This document shows positions 9,794-18,454 of a DNA stretch of 32,000 bases, piece by piece. Origin of the DNA: Okeania sp. (lineage in GTDB: Bacteria; Cyanobacteriota; Cyanobacteriia; Cyanobacteriales; Microcoleaceae). The stretch's first letter is position 1; the number at the start of each line of letters is the position of its first letter. The stretch lies in NCBI RefSeq assembly GCF_035285525.1, contig NZ_JAYKGW010000193.1:1-32000 (forward strand), read 5' to 3'. Under the pieces are notes generated by a model. The model saw nothing but the letters and a program-made list of their open reading frames with translations. It did no database searches and was not told the origin of the DNA. The position numbers and the translations under genes are program-made.

Positions 9794-9963
9794 TAGCTAG
9801 ACAGTGCAAAGTTCTAGGAATAACTATTGCTATTTAAGGCTTTCAGCTATCTCAAGGTTAGAAAGTTCCTATTAACACCTTTAGGTGCTATAAGCCTTTC
9901 CCAGTAACACTTTCAGCCTGGAAAACAATTCATTCTTGAGGATAACTTTGTACTCTCCAGTCA

Positions 9964-10192
9964 TTAGGGTTTGCTGAATAAATCTCAAAGTATTGACAGA
10001 TAAAAGTTATAGCGTTTTTTAACCCCGATTTTTCACCGAACCATAAAAGTACAACTTTTACAAATATAACTACCAAAAAGTTAGAATTTTAGATAAACCA
10101 AGAGTAGGAAAATAAAGGAAAAATTATTCTTCTTACTACCTCTTGCTTCCTACACTTCCCACACCTCCCACCCCTCCAACACTTTAGCCCTA
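9964..10192. mobile_element. MITE-like dispersed repeat, family A
   Basis: Left terminus ttagggtttgctgaataaa, right end ctttagccctat. Same internal block order as 5888-6109. Confidence 0.7.
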
Positions 10193-10213
10193 TTTTGTTA
10201 CTCAATAAGTCTG

Positions 10214-10342
10214 ATAGTCAAAGCAAAGAGCGCATACATTTCTGCATTCTGTTTGCGAAGCATTTCCCTATAGGAAAAACCCCTTGATATTCTAGTATTC
10301 CCTCCATACCTGTTCCCTATTCCCTAGCGCTACGCGCTATAT
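10214..10342 (+). mobile_element. Family Y small dispersed element (copy Y2, with extra internal segment)
   Basis: atagtcaaagcaaagagcgcatac aligns with Y1 atagcagtcgaaacaaaaggggcggac. The downstream part ccccttgatatt...cctgttccctattccc...tagcgctacgcgctatat aligns with Y1. It ends 44 nt before the leuD ATG. Confidence 0.6.
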
Positions 10343-10386
10343 GATAAAATTTGCGACAGTATTAGAGGGAAAACAGGAAATTAACT

Positions 10387-10938
10387 ATGGCCAAATCCCT
10401 GACTGGCAAAATCTTTGTATTGGATGATAATATAGATACAGACCAAATTATACCTGCTGAGTATCTAACATTAGTTCCTTCCAAGCCTGATGAATATGAG
10501 AAACTTGGAAGTTATGCTCTGTGTGGGTTGCCAGATCGCTACGGTAAGTTTATTGCACCAGGAGAAATGAAAACCCAATATCCAATTATTGTGGCGGGAG
10601 AAAATTTTGGTTGTGGGTCTTCGAGGGAACACGCACCTATTGCTCTGGGTGCTTCTGGTGTCCAAGCGGTAGTTGCTCAATCTTATGCTCGCATATTTTT
10701 CCGTAATTGTTCGGCGACTGGGGAACTATATCCTTGGGAGTCTAGCGATCGCCTCTGTGAGTTATTTGAAACTGGTCAGGAGGTTACTATTGATTTTGCA
10801 GAAAATCAAATAATTAATCATACTCTTGGTCAGACTTATTATTTGAAGTCTTTGGGAGAAGTAAAACCTGTTATTGATGCTGGAGGTCTTTTTGCCTATG
10901 CTCGTCAAACAGGTATGATTGCTCAAAAATCTGGTTAA
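10387..10938 (+). CDS. leuD: 3-isopropylmalate dehydratase small subunit LeuD
   Basis: 183 aa. DNIDTDQIIPAEYL and GENFGCGSSREHAP are the aconitase swivel-domain / LeuD signatures. No leuC lies adjacent. Confidence 0.85.
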   Translation: MAKSLTGKIFVLDDNIDTDQIIPAEYLTLVPSKPDEYEKLGSYALCGLPDRYGKFIAPGEMKTQYPIIVAGENFGCGSSREHAPIALGASGVQAVVAQSYARIFFRNCSATGELYPWESSDRLCELFETGQEVTIDFAENQIINHTLGQTYYLKSLGEVKPVIDAGGLFAYARQTGMIAQKSG

Positions 10939-10951
10939 ATTTTTTTTAGTT

Positions 10952-10976
10952 GGAGAGAAATTTCTCTCTCCTTTTT
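10952..10976 (+). terminator. Intrinsic terminator of leuD
   Basis: 7-bp stem ggagaga/tctctcc with a 6-nt loop followed by ttttt, 14 nt after the stop codon. Confidence 0.7.
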
Positions 10977-11087
10977 GATGTTTAATTTTTCCATGATTTT
11001 CAAATTTAGGTATGGAGGGAACAGGTATGGAGGAAAAAAGTATTTTGGCAGACCTTTTTGATGTTTAATTTTTCCATGATTTTCAAA
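10970..11087. repeat. 35-bp perfect direct repeat pair flanking a 48-bp insert
   Basis: cctttttgatgtttaatttttccatgattttcaaa occurs at 10970-11004 and again at 11053-11087. The insert contains ggtatggagggaacaggtatggagg, the reverse complement of the Y2 core cctccatacctgttccc. Confidence 0.9.
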
Positions 11088-11234
11088 GGAAATAATGTTA
11101 ATTAACTAGGCTAAAATTGGTCTTCCTTTCAGGAAAAGTAAGGATAAAATAATTACTATAGCAAATATTTTTAAAATTTAGTTATTGTCAAAACTTAAAC
11201 TAAGATTTCAGTATAATATTGCCCTAATGTTTTT

Positions 11235-11474
11235 TCAAAAGAAACCGAAATAAATTACTCCTTTTAGAATTAATTTAAGAGCTTCATCTTGAAAATATAC
11301 TTTTAACTGTTCTACATCAGAAGTATTTTGAGCATTTTCATTCAAAGTTTTAATTACTACCTGTTCACCTTTGCTATTTTTAGCTAGATAAGTAATAGGA
11401 AAACCTCCCCGATCAATTTGTTTAATAATTTGTTAGCGATCGCTATACAATTTTTTTCCTGAACTAAAAAACAT
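11235..11474 (-). pseudogene. Remnant of a Ser/Thr protein kinase N-terminus with an in-frame stop
   Basis: My translation is MFFSSGKKLYSDR*QIIKQIDRGGFPITYLAKNSKGEQVVIKTLNENAQNTSDVEQLKVYFQDEALKLILKG.... It matches the Hanks-kinase pattern (R)YxI..IGxGGFGxTYLA...VVIKxL...F.xEAxxL. The Gly-loop is degraded (D and P replace G), a TAA lies at 11433-11435, and the frame ends after about 80 codons. Confidence 0.55.
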
Positions 11475-11529
11475 ATTCTTAATAAGTAAATACTATAAAG
11501 TTTATCTCAATAGAAAATACAATTAATTC

Positions 11530-11638
11530 ATATAGCACTTAACTGGGAACACAGAAGGTGGGAACAGGTGGAAAAGTCTTTCCGTGGTCTTTGACTCATC
11601 ATCAGTCCATGTCCTAATCGCCTTGTCTGTTGCTATAT
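11530..11638 (-). mobile_element. Family Y small dispersed element (copy Y3)
   Basis: The reverse complement reads atatagcaacagacaagg...ctgttcccaccttctgtgttcccagttaagtgctatat. It ends 55 nt before the ATG of the kinase remnant. Confidence 0.65.
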
Positions 11639-11708
11639 CTGAAAAATAAATCTAATAAAAATATAAACCCTCAGTTACTTTCTAATTTAAAGAAAGTAAA
11701 AGAGAGCT

Positions 11709-11735
11709 AAAAAAGGCAACAATCAAATAAGTTGC
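11709..11735 (-). terminator. Possible intrinsic terminator after the TerB-like gene
   Basis: On the minus strand, gcaac-ttatttgatt-gttgc is followed by cttttttag, 20 nt after the stop. The stem is only 5 bp. Confidence 0.4.
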
Positions 11736-11755
11736 TGCATTTAACATTAATCAAT

Positions 11756-12244
11756 TTAACTTTGGATAAATTGTTGTAGACTACGAGTCATCTTGTCAAC
11801 TATTCCCTCTTTCTTTTCCTGATTAAGTTCAGTATTTGCCTCAGCTTCTATACGCTCTACTATATCCTTTGGAAGATTAAGTAACTGCTTTAATTTTTGA
11901 TAAGCAACTTCTTCCTCTTCATTAATATTTGGTTCATCAGGAGTACGAGCGCTACAAGCAATTACTTCATAACCTAATTTTAAAACCAACTCCTTTTCTT
12001 GCTGACTTTCTAACTTAGGAATTGATTCTTCCAATGGTATATTCTGCATTAAATAATCCCGTAATTCTTCTTGAAGTTGTTTTTGAGAATCTCCCGTAGC
12101 AAATAAACTACTAAAACTATTCAACATTAAATCAACTTCCTCTTGCGCTAGTTGTCCGTCAGACCATGCCATGTAAGCAACAATGCGCAATAAATTCATC
12201 TGACGTGGATTAATAGATGGTGGTGGAGGTGGTTGGACTGTCAT
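11756..12244 (-). CDS. TerB-like (tellurite-resistance TerB / DjlA N-terminal-like) domain protein
   Basis: 162 aa. LLRIVAYMAWSDGQLAQEEVDLM fits the TerB-family helix pattern (A..ADG.....E). Assignment from motif recall. Confidence 0.45.
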   Translation of the reverse strand: MTVQPPPPPSINPRQMNLLRIVAYMAWSDGQLAQEEVDLMLNSFSSLFATGDSQKQLQEELRDYLMQNIPLEESIPKLESQQEKELVLKLGYEVIACSARTPDEPNINEEEEVAYQKLKQLLNLPKDIVERIEAEANTELNQEKKEGIVDKMTRSLQQFIQS

Positions 12245-12266
12245 AAATTTTTCCTCAATTATTTGT

Positions 12267-12359
12267 TATGGCGCTACTTGAATCGGGAACAGGGAACAGG
12301 GAACTATCAAAAGGTTTCAGGATTAGAAATTTCCACGCCTTTTGCTTCGACTGCTATAT
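12267..12359 (-). mobile_element. Family Y small dispersed element (copy Y4)
   Basis: The reverse complement atatagcagtcgaagcaaaaggcgtggaaatttctaatcctgaaaccttttgata...gttccctgttccctgttcccgattcaagtagcgcc aligns with Y1 end to end. It ends 22 nt before the ATG at 12244. Confidence 0.75.
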
Positions 12360-12365
12360 TCATAA

Positions 12366-12849
12366 TTAGGGTTTGCGTATGGAAAGTCTGATGGTTAAGG
12401 AAGAGAGTAAGGACTAGGGAATATGTAGGGAAGTTGCATAGAACCTCCTTACAGAGTTAGGATTTAGGAAAGTTTTAGCCAAGGTCGTCCCAATACAATT
12501 TTCCCTTAGTTTTTCTTTCATATATTACTTCAAAATTCTCACTTTTTCTGCTCCATTAACCGAAAAGCTGGTACTTTTTAAGAAAAATGTTTATACAGCA
12601 TAATCCTAAAAGGAAGAGGTAATTATCCATTATATCAAATCCGCTTAATTCTGTAGAAACAAATCTTCTATTTTCAACCCTTCCCACACGAACCACACGA
12701 ACCACACTTCTCCAAATATACAATAAGTATTCAAAGGGATTCTATATTATCCATTATCCATTAATGAAGGTTCCCAAGAAAGTCAGTACCTAAAATTTTT
12801 CCAACCATGATTAATGTTAATGCTTTGATATTGAATCAGCAAGCCCTAA
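12366..12849. mobile_element. MITE-like dispersed repeat, family A (long composite copy)
   Basis: Termini ttagggtttgcgtatgg / ttgaatcagcaagccctaa. The last ~70 nt are near-identical to the end of 1314-1726. It contains blocks in both orientations, so it is probably nested or adjacent elements. Confidence 0.6.
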
Positions 12850-12958
12850 TTAAAGTTTTAGCCTATCATCAACCTAATAGTTATGATTCAAATTATTGAC
12901 AATTTTTAACTATTTCCTGTGATATAAAATCGGGTTAAATCTTGATTATTGCGACAAT

Positions 12959-12995
12959 AGGAAGCAATCTCAGAGAGGCGGGAAGATTGCTTCCT
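12959..12995. other. Perfect 12-bp stem hairpin with a 13-nt loop
   Basis: aggaagcaatct - cagagaggcggga - agattgcttcct. There is no U-tract on either strand. Confidence 0.8.
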
Positions 12996-13233
12996 TCCAC
13001 ATTAATATAATGTCTGGTTCAACAGTGATAAATAAAATAACTAGGTCGTAGTCAGGAGTTCCTACGGAATGCTCCGCAAAGAGGAGTTAGGAGGAAAGAA
13101 AGAATAAGGAGAAAGTTTTTTTGTCACGCTCTTATCCAGACATGATATAATTGATAACTGGAATTACCTAGATGATAAGATGAGGAGGAAAAATATTAGT
13201 TGCTAAAAGTTTCTCTTAAAATTAAGAAGTCTA

Positions 13234-15042
13234 TCAAATAGAGATAGACTCTAATGAACTTCCCAACCACCCAAAGAAATTTTTCTTTTGTTTTGTCGTC
13301 GGATTTTTCACCGGAACAACTTGATAGCGACTAGGGCTAGGATAACCTAAAGTTAATTGACAAGTAATCAGCTCATCTTGATGGAAAACTGTTACTTCCA
13401 AAACATCCCCTGGTTGATAATCTTTGAGGTGATCGCTCAACTTATCTGCACTTACGCGAAAACCATCTATAGCCAATAACTCATCCCCTGCATCTAATCC
13501 TGCTAACTGTGCCGGACCTTGATATTGAACAAATTTAATTATTTCCTTGCCATGATCGCTAATAACATTCATACCTAATTCTGGCCATTCATTATATTCT
13601 TTTTTAATTTGTAGTCCAAAAGGTCTTAAATATTCATCAAAAGGTAACTCATCTAGACCATCAATATACCTGGCAAAAAAATCATTCAAATCTAACTTTG
13701 CCACTTCCTCAATTACACCTTTTAATTGTTCTGGAGTAAAACCTATTTCTGACTTACCAAACTCATGCCACATTTTGCGCATTACATCATCCAGTGACCG
13801 TTGATTTTGATGTTTTTCTCGAATCAATAAATCAAGCAATAAAGATATCATCGATCCTTTTAAATAATAAGAAATCTGACTATTATTACTATTAGAATCC
13901 CGACGATATAATTTAATCCAAGCATCCCAACTAGACTCACTAACTGGTTGTACCTTTCGCCCTATTATTGTTAACAGAAGTGTAATTTCTTTCCCTAATA
14001 ATTTCAGAAAATTTTTCACATTATAGATACCAGCTCTAAAAGGAATTAATATATCATAATAACTGGTCGTACCCTCAGAAAACCAGAGAGAAGGAGTATA
14101 ATTTTCCTGCTCATAATCAAAAACTTCTAATGCTTTAGGTCGAATTCTCTTAACATTCCATAAGTGGAAAAATTCATGGGCAACCAACTGCATAAAGCGA
14201 TCGCATTTTTCCTTATTTCTAAAACCGAATCTTGGGTAATTTAAAACACAACTAAACTTATGTTCTAAACCACCAAAACCTTTACCAGAACAATGTAAAA
14301 TAAATAAATATTCTTCATAAGGTAAACCACCAAAAATTTCTGCTTCTACAGCAATAATTTTGTGTATGTCTGGAATTAGCTTTTTTGCTTCTGCATTACC
14401 TTTTCCCCAGATAGCTAATTCATGTTTTTTTCCTTGTACTTGAAATTGAAATAATTGATGATTACCTATCTCAAAAGGACTATCTACCAAAGTATCAAAA
14501 TCTTCTGCTTCAAAAGTATTTTCTGTATCTATAACTCTTGACAAAGATGTACTTACTTGCCAATCAAACTTAGGAGGAATAATTTTAATTCTAATTGAAT
14601 TTTTTTCACATTCAGGAATATAAAAAAACAAAGCTGCCCCATTAAAATAACCATGAGTAGAATCTAAATGATTAGTTCTTACTGTTAATTCATTAGCAAA
14701 TATTCTGTATTGAACTATTACTTCCGAGACCCCCAAAGTTTCTACTTGCCAATGATTTTTGCTCAATTTTTGCCAAGGTAAAGGTCGTTCATTTTCACTA
14801 TAAGCACAAAAATCTTGCAAATGTTTAGAATACTCCCTAATTAAGTAAGAACCTGGAGTCCACACTGGCATTTTTAAATCCAGTTTTTGAGAAGTTGTGA
14901 ATAATGAGGAAGATAGTTCTTTAACCCTAACAGACAAACTAACCTCAAACAGATGGGATTCTGGATGAGGCATTGATACTTTATATTGAATTGCTGGAGT
15001 TCTAGTAGTCGGACTTATAGGTAATACTTTAGCGTCAGTCAT
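13234..15042 (-). CDS. M61 family metallopeptidase (glycyl aminopeptidase-like) with C-terminal PDZ domain
   Basis: 602 aa. HEFFHLWNVKRIRP carries the HExxH zinc motif in the M61 context. The C-terminal GPAQLAGLDAGDELLAIDGFRV is PDZ-like. Confidence 0.8.
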   Translation of the reverse strand: MTDAKVLPISPTTRTPAIQYKVSMPHPESHLFEVSLSVRVKELSSSLFTTSQKLDLKMPVWTPGSYLIREYSKHLQDFCAYSENERPLPWQKLSKNHWQVETLGVSEVIVQYRIFANELTVRTNHLDSTHGYFNGAALFFYIPECEKNSIRIKIIPPKFDWQVSTSLSRVIDTENTFEAEDFDTLVDSPFEIGNHQLFQFQVQGKKHELAIWGKGNAEAKKLIPDIHKIIAVEAEIFGGLPYEEYLFILHCSGKGFGGLEHKFSCVLNYPRFGFRNKEKCDRFMQLVAHEFFHLWNVKRIRPKALEVFDYEQENYTPSLWFSEGTTSYYDILIPFRAGIYNVKNFLKLLGKEITLLLTIIGRKVQPVSESSWDAWIKLYRRDSNSNNSQISYYLKGSMISLLLDLLIREKHQNQRSLDDVMRKMWHEFGKSEIGFTPEQLKGVIEEVAKLDLNDFFARYIDGLDELPFDEYLRPFGLQIKKEYNEWPELGMNVISDHGKEIIKFVQYQGPAQLAGLDAGDELLAIDGFRVSADKLSDHLKDYQPGDVLEVTVFHQDELITCQLTLGYPSPSRYQVVPVKNPTTKQKKNFFGWLGSSLESISI

Positions 15043-15193
15043 ACTTGTGGATTTTTGATTTAATTTATTAAATTAAGTATATATTTTTTTCTCTTTTAAA
15101 AAGCATATCAATCTATGACCTTAATGTAAATTATTTAAGCAAAATAGCTACAATTGTATTAACTTAATCACTTGCCAAAATAATTAATCCAGT

Positions 15194-15877
15194 TTAGTGA
15201 CTAGCTAAATGAATTAAACGTTTAATATTAAGTATTTCAATTAACTGATGTTCTGGAACTATACTAATCCAACCCTTAGCCTCCAATTTTTCCATAATTT
15301 TTATAGCTTCCTCCATTTTAATATCCGTAATATCTGCTAAGTCTTGGTTAGAAATATTAAATATTTCAGATGTTTTTTCCATAGTATGACCGTAGTTTTC
15401 AGCTAATTCTACTAATGTATTTGCAAGTTTTACCGCTGGAGGTTTATGACGTAGTTGTTGATGAATATTTGCTTGCCTGAGACGCTTCACCATCAATTGT
15501 AACATTCGGTGATGTAACTGAGGGTCTTTGAAGAGAGTTTGAATAAATCTTTGAGCCGAAATACTGATCAAACGAACTGGAGATAATGCCACAACATCAT
15601 TTGACCGGGGTGATTCATCTAAAATGGCCATTTCACCAAAAAAATCTCCCCTTCCCATAATAGCCAGTGCAATCGAGTTGTCCCCTGATAATCTGTGTCT
15701 GACTTTGACCCAGCCAGATACCAAAAAGTAAACTGCATTACCCCAAGCATCTTCCATTAAGACAACTCTATTGGAGGGATACTCGTGTTTGACTGCAACG
15801 GATAAGAGCCATTCTAAAGTTTCTGGATTAGCTCCCTTAAATAAAGGAAAAAGCTCACTGAAAGCTTCTGTCTGCAT
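15194..15877 (-). CDS. Crp/Fnr family transcriptional regulator (cNMP-binding domain plus wHTH)
   Basis: 227 aa. The segment GDFFGEMAILDESPRSNDVVA is the cyclic-nucleotide-binding phosphate cassette. There is a C-terminal HTH region. Confidence 0.8.
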   Translation of the reverse strand: MQTEAFSELFPLFKGANPETLEWLLSVAVKHEYPSNRVVLMEDAWGNAVYFLVSGWVKVRHRLSGDNSIALAIMGRGDFFGEMAILDESPRSNDVVALSPVRLISISAQRFIQTLFKDPQLHHRMLQLMVKRLRQANIHQQLRHKPPAVKLANTLVELAENYGHTMEKTSEIFNISNQDLADITDIKMEEAIKIMEKLEAKGWISIVPEHQLIEILNIKRLIHLASH

Positions 15878-15968
15878 GAGAATTAGAACTCTTTATTGTA
15901 TTTTGTGATTGTTAAATTCATATAGCTATCATACTAGAGTTTTTTCTAATTCAACACAATTATATCTT

Positions 15969-16120
15969 TTAGGGTTTGTTTATGAAAGTCTTTTAGTAGG
16001 GGGAAGGAGTCAGAAGTCAGAATCCAGAATCGAGGATGAATGAGAATCATAGAAGGGGTAGGCAGAAGAATCTTCCCTTGATTTTCTACCTTCTGCCTTC
16101 CTTTTGCCTTCCTTTCAAAA
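15969..16120. mobile_element. Partial family A repeat with heptamers
   Basis: Left terminus ttagggtttgtttatgaaagtc, then gtcagaa gtcagaa tccagaa tcgagga (16009-16036). No matching right terminus. Confidence 0.45.
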
Positions 16121-16124
16121 TAGC

Positions 16125-16161
16125 AAAAAAAAAACGGGCTAACCCGATTTTAGTTAACCCG
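16125..16161 (-). terminator. Intrinsic terminator of ycf35
   Basis: On the minus strand, cgggttaac-taaaatcgg-gttagcccg forms a 9-bp stem with one G.U pair, followed by ten T's. It lies 25 nt after the stop. Confidence 0.8.
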
Positions 16162-16185
16162 CAAACTTGGGAATGCACAAATCAA

Positions 16186-16539
16186 TTACTTCTGTACTAC
16201 CAACTTAACATTAGCGTTTTGTAGACCACGTTGCTTAACAGCAGCTAAAGTCTTATTCACAGCATACTTCTGGTTAATAGAATTAATCAACTCAGTTTGG
16301 TTGTGCTTCTTAGCAACGCCCCACAGATCGGCAACTAGGTCAAAAGAACCATCGCTGTTGTGAGTCCAACCTAAATCATATTCGCCTTCTAAAACAGCAA
16401 CGATATCAGAACGTACACTTTGGCCATTGTAGCCACGAACATCAGCGTCAGTTTTTACTGTAATTCCTAAATCACGCAGGGAAGCTTTTAAAATTTCAGC
16501 GTCAGTGATTTTAGTACGCAATGTGCTAAAGTGAGACAT
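16186..16539 (-). CDS. ycf35: Ycf35 (DUF1257) protein
   Basis: 117 aa. MSHFSTLRTKITDAEILKASLRDLG...VRGYNGQ...YDLGW...FDLVADLWG is the DUF1257/Ycf35 pattern. A strong SD (aggagg) lies 7 nt upstream. Confidence 0.85.
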   Translation of the reverse strand: MSHFSTLRTKITDAEILKASLRDLGITVKTDADVRGYNGQSVRSDIVAVLEGEYDLGWTHNSDGSFDLVADLWGVAKKHNQTELINSINQKYAVNKTLAAVKQRGLQNANVKLVVQK

Positions 16540-16600
16540 TTGGATTTCCTCCTAAATTTAAAATTAAAACAGAGATAACAACGGTTTTTATGGAACAATA

Positions 16601-16624
16601 CCACAGTAGATGTGGTTTTTTTTT
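16601..16624 (+). terminator. Plus-strand terminator-like hairpin inside a minus-strand gene pair spacer
   Basis: ccaca-gtaga-tgtgg followed by nine T's on the plus strand. On the minus strand the run precedes the hairpin as A's. Confidence 0.45.
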
Positions 16625-16691
16625 GGGAAACTGCTAGCAACTTTAATTTAGTTTACTAGCCTTTACTCCTGTTTGTGCCAGGAGAAAGCTT

Positions 16692-18218
16692 TTAAAACTC
16701 CAGTCTTTGATACTCGGCGACTGAAGATGCAGCAGGCCGCGCACGTTGTCTTGCCCAATCTCTCAGAGCAGTAACTTGCTCTGTCATAGTCTTTGACAAC
16801 GGTAGTGTAGATTTTATGGCGGCAATAATATCTAGCTGCGTAAATTCTCTATTTTGAGCAAATGCTTCATACATAGCAGCAATTATGGCTTGCTCTATTT
16901 CTGCACCGGAAAAGCCATCGGATACTTTAGATAGTTGATCTATATCGAAGCGTTCAATATCTCGACGTCTTTTTGTTAAGTGAATTTGGAAAATATCTTG
17001 GCGTTCTTCTTTGTTTGGTAAATCTACAAAGAAAATTTCATCAAATCTACCTTTCCTTAAAAACTCTCCTGGTAGACGCTCTACCCGGTTGGCAGTTGCC
17101 ATGACAAATACTGGAGAAGTTTTTTCCTGCATCCAAGTCAGGAATGAACCAAATATTCGACTAGAAGTACCTCCATCAGAGTCCCCTGAACCAGCACTGC
17201 CTGCAAAGGCTTTATCCAACTCATCTATAAAGAGAATTGCTGGTGAAATTGATTCGGCTGTTTTGAGAGCATTTCGTAAGTTAGCTTCAGACCGTCCTAC
17301 CATTGAACCATCGTATACTCTTCCCATATCCAAGCGCAATAGAGGTAGACCCCAAAGACGAGATGTAGTCTTTGCGATTAGAGATTTGCCACATCCGGGT
17401 ATTCCCAGAATTAACATTCCTTTTGGTTGAGGAAGTCCATATTCACGGGCACGCTCTGTGAAGGCATCAGAACGTTGTTTTAACCAACGTTTTAATTCTT
17501 CTAAACCACCTACAGCATCTATAGTTTCATCTTCTTCGATATACTCTAGGATGCCATTGCGCTTGATAAGTTGTTTTTTCTCAGATAGTACGATGTCAAC
17601 TTCGTTTTCAGTTAGCCTTCCTGCTGTTACTTGGGCTTTACGATAGACTTTTTCGGCTTCATCTTTTGTTAAACCCAGAGTTGCTTTCAGGAGCTTTTCC
17701 CTTGTATCTTTGGAAATACGACGGTTTTTACTATACTCTAATTGCCGTGATAGAACTTGGTCCAGTTCCTTCATACTTGGCAGTGGAAAGTCAAGGACAA
17801 CTACTTCCTTTTCTAATTCTATGGGGACATTCTGCACTGGAGACATTAATATTATTGTCTTGTTTGTGCCTTTAAAAAAGGTGATCGCATCCCTCAACCA
17901 CCTTGTTACTGGTGGTGAATCAATGAATGGGTGTAAGTCTTTAAATACAAATATTGTTCCTACACTACCATTATTAGGATCTCGCTGCCTGATTGCCCAC
18001 TCTATAGCTGCCTCTGGTGAGACTGTATTATGCTGAGTTGTGTTTTTGCTTTGGCCATACTCTACGATACCGTGAGTTACTGTCCAAACAAATACTTTGC
18101 GTATAGGTTTGACCTTAGCTAATCCATCAATTGCTTGCTCTGACCGCTCTTCCTCAGAGGTTACGAGGTAGATCAAAGGATATTGAGCTTGGATTAGAAT
18201 ATTTAGTTCTTCTTTCAT
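16692..18218 (-). CDS. ycf46: Ycf46 AAA+ ATPase
   Basis: 508 aa. Walker A GIPGCGKS, Walker B ILFIDELD, and ATANR...LRKGRFDE in the second region of homology. The long N-terminal domain is typical of the cyanobacterial/plastid Ycf46 family. Confidence 0.9.
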   Translation of the reverse strand: MKEELNILIQAQYPLIYLVTSEEERSEQAIDGLAKVKPIRKVFVWTVTHGIVEYGQSKNTTQHNTVSPEAAIEWAIRQRDPNNGSVGTIFVFKDLHPFIDSPPVTRWLRDAITFFKGTNKTIILMSPVQNVPIELEKEVVVLDFPLPSMKELDQVLSRQLEYSKNRRISKDTREKLLKATLGLTKDEAEKVYRKAQVTAGRLTENEVDIVLSEKKQLIKRNGILEYIEEDETIDAVGGLEELKRWLKQRSDAFTERAREYGLPQPKGMLILGIPGCGKSLIAKTTSRLWGLPLLRLDMGRVYDGSMVGRSEANLRNALKTAESISPAILFIDELDKAFAGSAGSGDSDGGTSSRIFGSFLTWMQEKTSPVFVMATANRVERLPGEFLRKGRFDEIFFVDLPNKEERQDIFQIHLTKRRRDIERFDIDQLSKVSDGFSGAEIEQAIIAAMYEAFAQNREFTQLDIIAAIKSTLPLSKTMTEQVTALRDWARQRARPAASSVAEYQRLEF

Positions 18219-18454
18219 AGTCCTCGATCTAGTAGAGACGGTACAAAGTTTACAATTGCTTGATTGAAGGAAGTTATCTTTAAAATTGCCCTAGCTAGGA
18301 GTTATCACTTGTTGGAGTTTGATGTCTCTTCATCTAAAGTCATCAGTATTAACTTAGGAATGAGGATAAAATTAAGAGCCACAGTTTTTGGCTAGGAGTA
18401 CCACAATGGAATACTTCTGTACAAAAAATCTGGAAGTTAATAAATCTCCATTCT

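Noticed and set aside
16540-16691. Small DUF2997-like ORF between ycf46 and ycf35, a frequent DUF1257 partner as I recall
   Set aside because: There is no ATG on the gene strand in the 152-bp spacer. Only a 22-codon GTG frame overlaps the ycf35 start.
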